From Magnetococcales bacterium DC0425bin3 (GTDB taxonomy: Bacteria; Pseudomonadota; Magnetococcia; Magnetococcales; DC0425bin3): a stretch of 64,000 nucleotides of DNA. The translations under genes were made by a program, and so were the position numbers. The stretch lies in assembly GCA_002753665.1 (NCBI GenBank), contig PEAP01000006.1:5680-69679 (forward strand), given 5' to 3'. The notes under the pieces were generated by a model. That model searched no databases. It worked only from the letters and a program-made list of their open reading frames with translations, and had not been told where the DNA came from. Shown here piece after piece: positions 59,530 through 64,000 of this stretch; within the stretch, counting starts at the first letter, position 1; every line of letters begins with the position of its first letter.

Positions 59530-59575
59530 TTTGATGGATGGGGGAAGCCTCCCCCATCCATCAGAGTTTCATCGG
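59530..59575. repeat. two-hairpin repeat, copy K (hairpin-1 module converted to a perfect 13-bp palindrome)
   Basis: TTTGATGGATGGGGGA-AGCC-TCCCCCATCCATCAGAGTTTCATCGG, ~20 nt upstream of the amidotransferase start codon. Confidence 0.75.
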
Positions 59576-59615
59576 CAAAAAGAGTCCGATCACGCCCGGG
59601 ACCGCGCCCGGTCGT

Positions 59616-60983
59616 TCAGGACCGGGCCCCGGCCATGCCCCGGCCCCTGGGCGGCATGAATATGGATTGACCCACCAGCGGCCCCGAACGCACCCGTCCC
59701 AGCCCCCCCGCTTGTTTGGTGCGGGGCTGCCGGGCCAGATCCTCCCGCACCCATTCCCGCAGGATCACGACGATGGCCAAGACATGATAGGGCAAATCGA
59801 AATAACCCAGACCCAGGAAGGCCCCGGCCGATCCGTAACCGACCAGGGAAACCTGGGCCATGGCGGCCAGATCCCGGGCCCAGAGCAGATCGGGACGCTG
59901 GCGGGTATTCCGTACCACCCAGCCGGCATAACGGAACCCGGTGAAGAACATGAGCAGGAAGGCGATGAATCCCGGCAATCCCTGCTCCGCCAATACCTCG
60001 AAATAGATGCTGTGGGCGTCATGCACCCATTTGACCGGGGCATATTTCTGGAAGGCGTCCCAGTTGAAGGTCCGGAAGCCGCCCCCCAGGAAGGGCCGGT
60101 CCTGGACCAGATTGACGGCAAACCGCCAGGAGTTGACCCGTCCGCTCACCGAGTCGTCCGCCTCGATGTTCTCCATGGCGTGGAAGGAGGTGATGTTGCC
60201 CATGCGTTCATGCCATTTTTCCGGCATGAACTGCCAGGCCCCCAGCGCCAGCACGATCGAGATCATCAGTACGATCATCTTGTGGCGGCTCTTCATGAAG
60301 AAGGCCACCGCCAATACGGTGAACCCCACCAACCCCCCCCGGGAATAGCTGCCCAGGATGGTCAACAGGGCATTGACGATCAGAAACCCCACAGTCAGTC
60401 TGGCGACGAGATATTTGCTGTGCAACTGGAGATAACGCATCAGGGGCAGGATCATGATCAAGGCCAGGGCCAGGGCGTTGTTGTCCTCGAAAAAGCTGCC
60501 GGCGGGACCATAAATCCGGTAGTTGCCACCGTGCATAATGGTGAACACGCCCCCCTTGACACCCCAGAAACCCACCGACAGCACCATCACCCAAATCATC
60601 CGGTCCAGCCATACCCGGTTGGTGATGACCATGTAGACCGCCAGGATCATCATCTGGACCTTCAGAAAACGGTCGAGATCCCGGCCGGCTCCGGCGTGGA
60701 AGGCAGTGGCGGTGGTGACACAGGCCCAGACGATGAAGAACAGCCAGAGAATGGTCACCCGGTTCACGGGAATGCGGAACCGGAAGGTATTGCCCAACAG
60801 CAGGCCGGCCATGGTGACGAAGGCGATGAAGAAATTGAAGCGAAAATCGTAGGCGTAGCTCCAGGTCAGGCGGTGGGGGCTCATGTATCCGATCCAGACC
60901 CACATCAGCAGCCCCACCTGGGGGCGGACGAAGCAGACCGGCAACATGCCGAACACGAACAGCAGCAGAAACAGGTCCCGCAT
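59616..60983 (-). CDS. O-antigen-ligase-like membrane protein (putative O-glycosylation ligase, exosortase-A-associated type)
   Basis: N-terminus MRDLFLLLFVFGMLPVCFVRPQVGLLMWVWIGYMSPHRL. About 12 TM segments with a Wzy_C-like loop. 455 aa. Confidence 0.75.
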   Translation of the reverse strand: MRDLFLLLFVFGMLPVCFVRPQVGLLMWVWIGYMSPHRLTWSYAYDFRFNFFIAFVTMAGLLLGNTFRFRIPVNRVTILWLFFIVWACVTTATAFHAGAGRDLDRFLKVQMMILAVYMVITNRVWLDRMIWVMVLSVGFWGVKGGVFTIMHGGNYRIYGPAGSFFEDNNALALALIMILPLMRYLQLHSKYLVARLTVGFLIVNALLTILGSYSRGGLVGFTVLAVAFFMKSRHKMIVLMISIVLALGAWQFMPEKWHERMGNITSFHAMENIEADDSVSGRVNSWRFAVNLVQDRPFLGGGFRTFNWDAFQKYAPVKWVHDAHSIYFEVLAEQGLPGFIAFLLMFFTGFRYAGWVVRNTRQRPDLLWARDLAAMAQVSLVGYGSAGAFLGLGYFDLPYHVLAIVVILREWVREDLARQPRTKQAGGLGRVRSGPLVGQSIFMPPRGRGMAGARS

Positions 60984-61019
60984 GGGGGCTACACCCGGTT
61001 GCGGTTGGGGAAGAACGGA

Positions 61020-62219
61020 TCAGGGTTCGTAAACCGACCGGTAACGGGCCACGGCGGCGGGCCAGCTCCGCTCCCGCTCGACGAAGGTCCGCGCCCGGCG
61101 ACAGACCTCCGGCCAGGCCTCCCGGTGTTCCAACAACTCCAACAGGCGGGTCGCCAGGGCGACCGGGTCTCCCGGAGGGAACAGAAACCCGGTGCGGCCA
61201 TCGTCGATCAATTCCCGGTGGCCCCCCACCGACGAGGCGGCCACCGGCTTGCTACCCGCCATGGCCTCCAGCGGCTTGAGGGGGGTGACCAGCTCGGTGA
61301 CCCGCCGGGACAGGCGCGGATAGACGAACAGATCCACCAGGCCATAATAGCGTTCCACCTCATTGTGGGGCACCCTTCCGGCGAACACCACGGCGTTTTC
61401 CAGCCCCAGCACTGCCGCCTGCCGCCGCAGATCGGCCTCCCGGGGCCCGCCTCCCACCAGCAGCAGGGCGACCGCCGCCCGGGCCTGTCGGATGCGGACC
61501 AGGGCCTCCAGCAGGCAATCCAGGCCTTCATAGCCGTAGAAGGAGCCGATGAACCCCAGCACGGTCCGGTCCGTCAGGCCCAACCGCTGCGCCAGTTCCG
61601 GATCCCGGGGCGCGGGGCCGGCGAAGCGATCCGGGTCCACTGCGTTGGGCACCACCGTCACCCGGTGGGCCGCCACGCCCCGGGCGAGGATCTCCCGGCG
61701 CAATCCCTCACAAATGGTCACCACACCCCGGGCCCGGCGCAGCACATGGGTTTCCAGCACCCGGGTGGCCCGGTAGCGGAGACCGCCAGGCCGGCTGGTG
61801 CCATGGTCCACCGCGGCATCCTCCCACAGCGCCCGCACCTCATAGACCACCGGCAGCCCCGTCCGCCGGGCCGCCCGGAGGGCCGCCAGACCATTGAGGG
61901 CCGGAGAATGGGCATGGATCACATCCGGACGCAGCTGGTCGATCAACCCTTCCAGCCGTCGACCCAGGCGTTGGACCACCGACCATTGCCCCACCAGGGG
62001 CCAGCCGGCCCAGGGTGCCGGCGGGGTCCGGAAAAAGCGCACCCCGGCGGCGGTCTCCTCCAGGGGCAAGGACCCGTCGGCAGCGGGACCCTGCTTGGGC
62101 CCGGTGACCGCGGCCGTTTCCCAGCCCAGGGCCTGCTGGTATTCCAGGATGGCCAGGGTGCGGAAGACATAACCGCTCTGCAACGGCGCCGAATGATCCA
62201 GAACATGGAGAATCCGCAT
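61020..62219 (-). CDS. GT4 glycosyltransferase (exosortase-A-associated, Daro_2409-like)
   Basis: MRILHVLDHSAPLQSGYVFRTLAIL... N-terminus. C-terminal ...PLKPLEAMAGSKPVAASSVGGHRELI. Confidence 0.75.
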   Translation of the reverse strand: MRILHVLDHSAPLQSGYVFRTLAILEYQQALGWETAAVTGPKQGPAADGSLPLEETAAGVRFFRTPPAPWAGWPLVGQWSVVQRLGRRLEGLIDQLRPDVIHAHSPALNGLAALRAARRTGLPVVYEVRALWEDAAVDHGTSRPGGLRYRATRVLETHVLRRARGVVTICEGLRREILARGVAAHRVTVVPNAVDPDRFAGPAPRDPELAQRLGLTDRTVLGFIGSFYGYEGLDCLLEALVRIRQARAAVALLLVGGGPREADLRRQAAVLGLENAVVFAGRVPHNEVERYYGLVDLFVYPRLSRRVTELVTPLKPLEAMAGSKPVAASSVGGHRELIDDGRTGFLFPPGDPVALATRLLELLEHREAWPEVCRRARTFVERERSWPAAVARYRSVYEP

Positions 62220-62228
62220 GGTTTATGG

Positions 62229-63419
62229 TCACCCTTCTCGTGCCGCCAGGACCTGGCGAAACAGCTCCCGCTGGCCGCGGCTGGTTTCCCGCCAGGAGAA
62301 CCGTTCGGCATAGGCCCGGGTGGCCTCCCGCCGGGGAGGCGCGGCCAACAGGGCGCGGCAGGCCCGGGCGATCTGTGCGGGTTCGAAGCCATCGGCCAGC
62401 AGCCCGGCCTCCGGCGCCGCCACCACCTCCGGGGTGCCCCAGGCCGGGGTGGCCACCACCGGGGTGCCGCAAGCCATGGCTTCCAGCAGGACGTTGGCCC
62501 ACCCTTCCCGGGTGGAGGCCAGCACCAGCCCATCCGCCGCGCCATAATAGCGGGGCAGCTCGGGTTGGGGCACCGTCCCCGGCATCCGCACCCGTGCGGC
62601 CACCCCCAGGCCTCGGGCCAGATCCTCCAGGGTGGCCCGCTCCGGCCCCTCCCCCACGATGCAGAGATCGACCCCGGGCAGTTCCGGCAGGGCGCGGATG
62701 ATCCGGTCGTGACCCTTGCGGGGAATCAGATGACCCACGGCCAGCAGGGTGGGACGGGTCATGCCCAGGGCGGCCCGGGCGACCAGGCGGTCTACCGGAC
62801 GGAACAGCCCGGCATCCACCCCGTTGCGCAGCACCGTCACCTTGCCGGGTGGGAGTCCCAGATCCAGCAGCACCTCCCGCAAGGCGGCGCAGACCGTCAC
62901 CGAGGCCGCCGCCCGGCCGGCTGCCCAGCGGATCCAGGCCCTGGGCAGCCAATGCCGGGGAATAAGGTTCAGATCGGTCCCCCGGCCGGTGATCACCACC
63001 GGGATCCCCAGCCATTGGCCCAGCAGAGCCGCCGCCACCCCGTCGGGGTAATAATAATGGGCGTCGATCAACCGCATGGGAAATCCATCGCGCCGCAAGG
63101 CCCGCAGCACCGGCAGGGCCGCCAGGGCCAGAGTCAGGGGCACCAGGCTCATGCCGACCCGGGGAATCACCGGATAGCGGGGATGCCACACCGGCAGGCC
63201 ATCGGGGTTTTCGTGTCGCGGCACCCGGGCATAGGCGGCGTAACGGCCGAAGCAGGACCGGGACCAGGGAAACCAGGGTACTGGAGCCACCACCCGGGCC
63301 TGGAGGTCCGGTTCATCGGCCAGCAGATGGCGCAGCCGCTGCGCCACGAACAGGCCATGGGTGGGCTGGACCGGATTGGGAAACAGGGTGGTGAAGGTGA
63401 CGATCCGCAGCCGATCCAT
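62229..63419 (-). CDS. GT4 glycosyltransferase
   Basis: MDRLRIVTFTTLFPNPVQPTHGLFV... N-terminus. C-terminal ...EGWANVLLEAMACGTPVVATPAWGTPEVV. Confidence 0.75.
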   Translation of the reverse strand: MDRLRIVTFTTLFPNPVQPTHGLFVAQRLRHLLADEPDLQARVVAPVPWFPWSRSCFGRYAAYARVPRHENPDGLPVWHPRYPVIPRVGMSLVPLTLALAALPVLRALRRDGFPMRLIDAHYYYPDGVAAALLGQWLGIPVVITGRGTDLNLIPRHWLPRAWIRWAAGRAAASVTVCAALREVLLDLGLPPGKVTVLRNGVDAGLFRPVDRLVARAALGMTRPTLLAVGHLIPRKGHDRIIRALPELPGVDLCIVGEGPERATLEDLARGLGVAARVRMPGTVPQPELPRYYGAADGLVLASTREGWANVLLEAMACGTPVVATPAWGTPEVVAAPEAGLLADGFEPAQIARACRALLAAPPRREATRAYAERFSWRETSRGQRELFRQVLAAREG

Positions 63420-63587
63420 GGCGCCGGCGGATCAGGGCTTGCGGTAGGGGAACAGGGAGACCACCATGGTTCGCATCCCGGCGGCAAATGGCTTGAAAGA
63501 ATCGCCAGGGAGTGTAGATTCTTTCGATCCGCTTCGTAAATGGCCCGAATGACCCGGGACCCATGATCGACCTCGCAAGGATTTCCC

Positions 63588-64000
63588 ATGCCAATACGGC
63601 CCCTGCACATTCTGGTGGTCTACACCACCCGCTTTCCGGCGGTGCGGGGGGGGATCGATACCCTGATCCGTACCCTGTGTACCGGCATGCCGGCACCCCA
63701 TCGGATCTCCCTGCTGGTGCCCGGTGACTGGGAGGACCGGACTCTGACCACCAGCATTCACGAGGGAGTGACCTGCCACCGGCTGCGGCTGCGGCTGCCC
63801 TGGGATCCGGTTCGTCCCCTGCGGGGCTTCCTGGCCTGGCTGGGGGAGTTTCCCCGCACCCTCCTCGCCCTGCGCGGCCTGCTGCGCCGCGAGGGGGTGG
63901 ATGTCCTGCACCTGTTCACCCTCCAGACCCATCAATATTATTTCCGCCTGCTGCGCTGGCTGGGCGGGCCGCCCTACCTGATCACCTTCGTGGGCTCCGA
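63588..64000 (+). CDS. glycosyltransferase-like protein, N-terminal 137 aa (3' end beyond the window)
   Basis: Not in the ORF track because it is open-ended. My manual translation from ATG 63588 gives MPIRPLHILVVYTTRFPAVRGGIDTLIRTL... with no stop through 64000. It is divergent from the preceding GT gene. Confidence 0.55.
   Translation, partial: MPIRPLHILVVYTTRFPAVRGGIDTLIRTLCTGMPAPHRISLLVPGDWEDRTLTTSIHEGVTCHRLRLRLPWDPVRPLRGFLAWLGEFPRTLLALRGLLRREGVDVLHLFTLQTHQYYFRLLRWLGGPPYLITFVGS

Overview
GC-rich proteobacterial chromosomal segment (G+C judged by eye, not computed). The leuS-lptE-holA synteny and an XrtA/PEP-CTERM-type EPS locus point to a beta- or gammaproteobacterium. No rRNA, tRNA, CRISPR array, integrase or transposase was recognised.

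Layout:
1. 1-12.0 kb, housekeeping: leuS (5' partial), lptE, holA, an NhaD-like antiporter, the minus-strand string nnr / aldo-keto reductase / thyX / trmB, a NodIJ-like ABC-2 exporter and an EamA transporter.
2. 12.05-12.48 kb: the only clearly AT-rich spacer, followed by a long leader.
3. 12.5-25.6 kb, an unusual same-strand block: an SCP2-like protein, an RND adaptor, and an RND pump with a ~200-aa disordered tail. A run of compositionally extreme exported proteins follows: P/G-rich, P/R/D-rich, W/P/G-rich, three tandem G/W/Y-repeat mini-proteins, a bitopic protein with 18 uninterrupted Met-rich heptads, and a Q/N-rich helical protein. An orphan ParA-type ATPase sits among them. This block is my best candidate for an undescribed system, possibly a periplasmic or envelope structural matrix resembling sulfur-globule envelope proteins.
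4. 25.6-32.9 kb: PstS-like lipoprotein, ATP-grasp protein, MFS transporter, DUF2782-like protein, polA, aat.
5. 33.1-38.4 kb: an MshL-type lipoprotein secretin fused to a C-terminal SPOR domain, then a 905-aa FecR/cadherin-like anchored protein.
6. 38.4-64 kb: a large exosortase-A (XrtA)/PEP-CTERM-type exopolysaccharide locus that also carries a Wzm/Wzt ABC exporter. It holds two AsnB-family amidotransferases, about six glycosyltransferases, FemAB-like, deacetylase, wecB, BY-kinase, chain-length determinant, priming transferase, PLP decarboxylase and an O-antigen-ligase-like protein. The exosortase gene itself is not in the window.

Superimposed on 12-60 kb is a ~70-bp two-hairpin intergenic repeat family (12 full or partial copies). 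It shows compensatory stem substitutions, and two copies appear to be read through in frame at the 5' ends of genes.

Many long ORFs in the supplied track are GC-driven antisense shadows and were rejected. All functional calls come from motif and architecture recognition by eye, with no database search. Start codons are my best choices.
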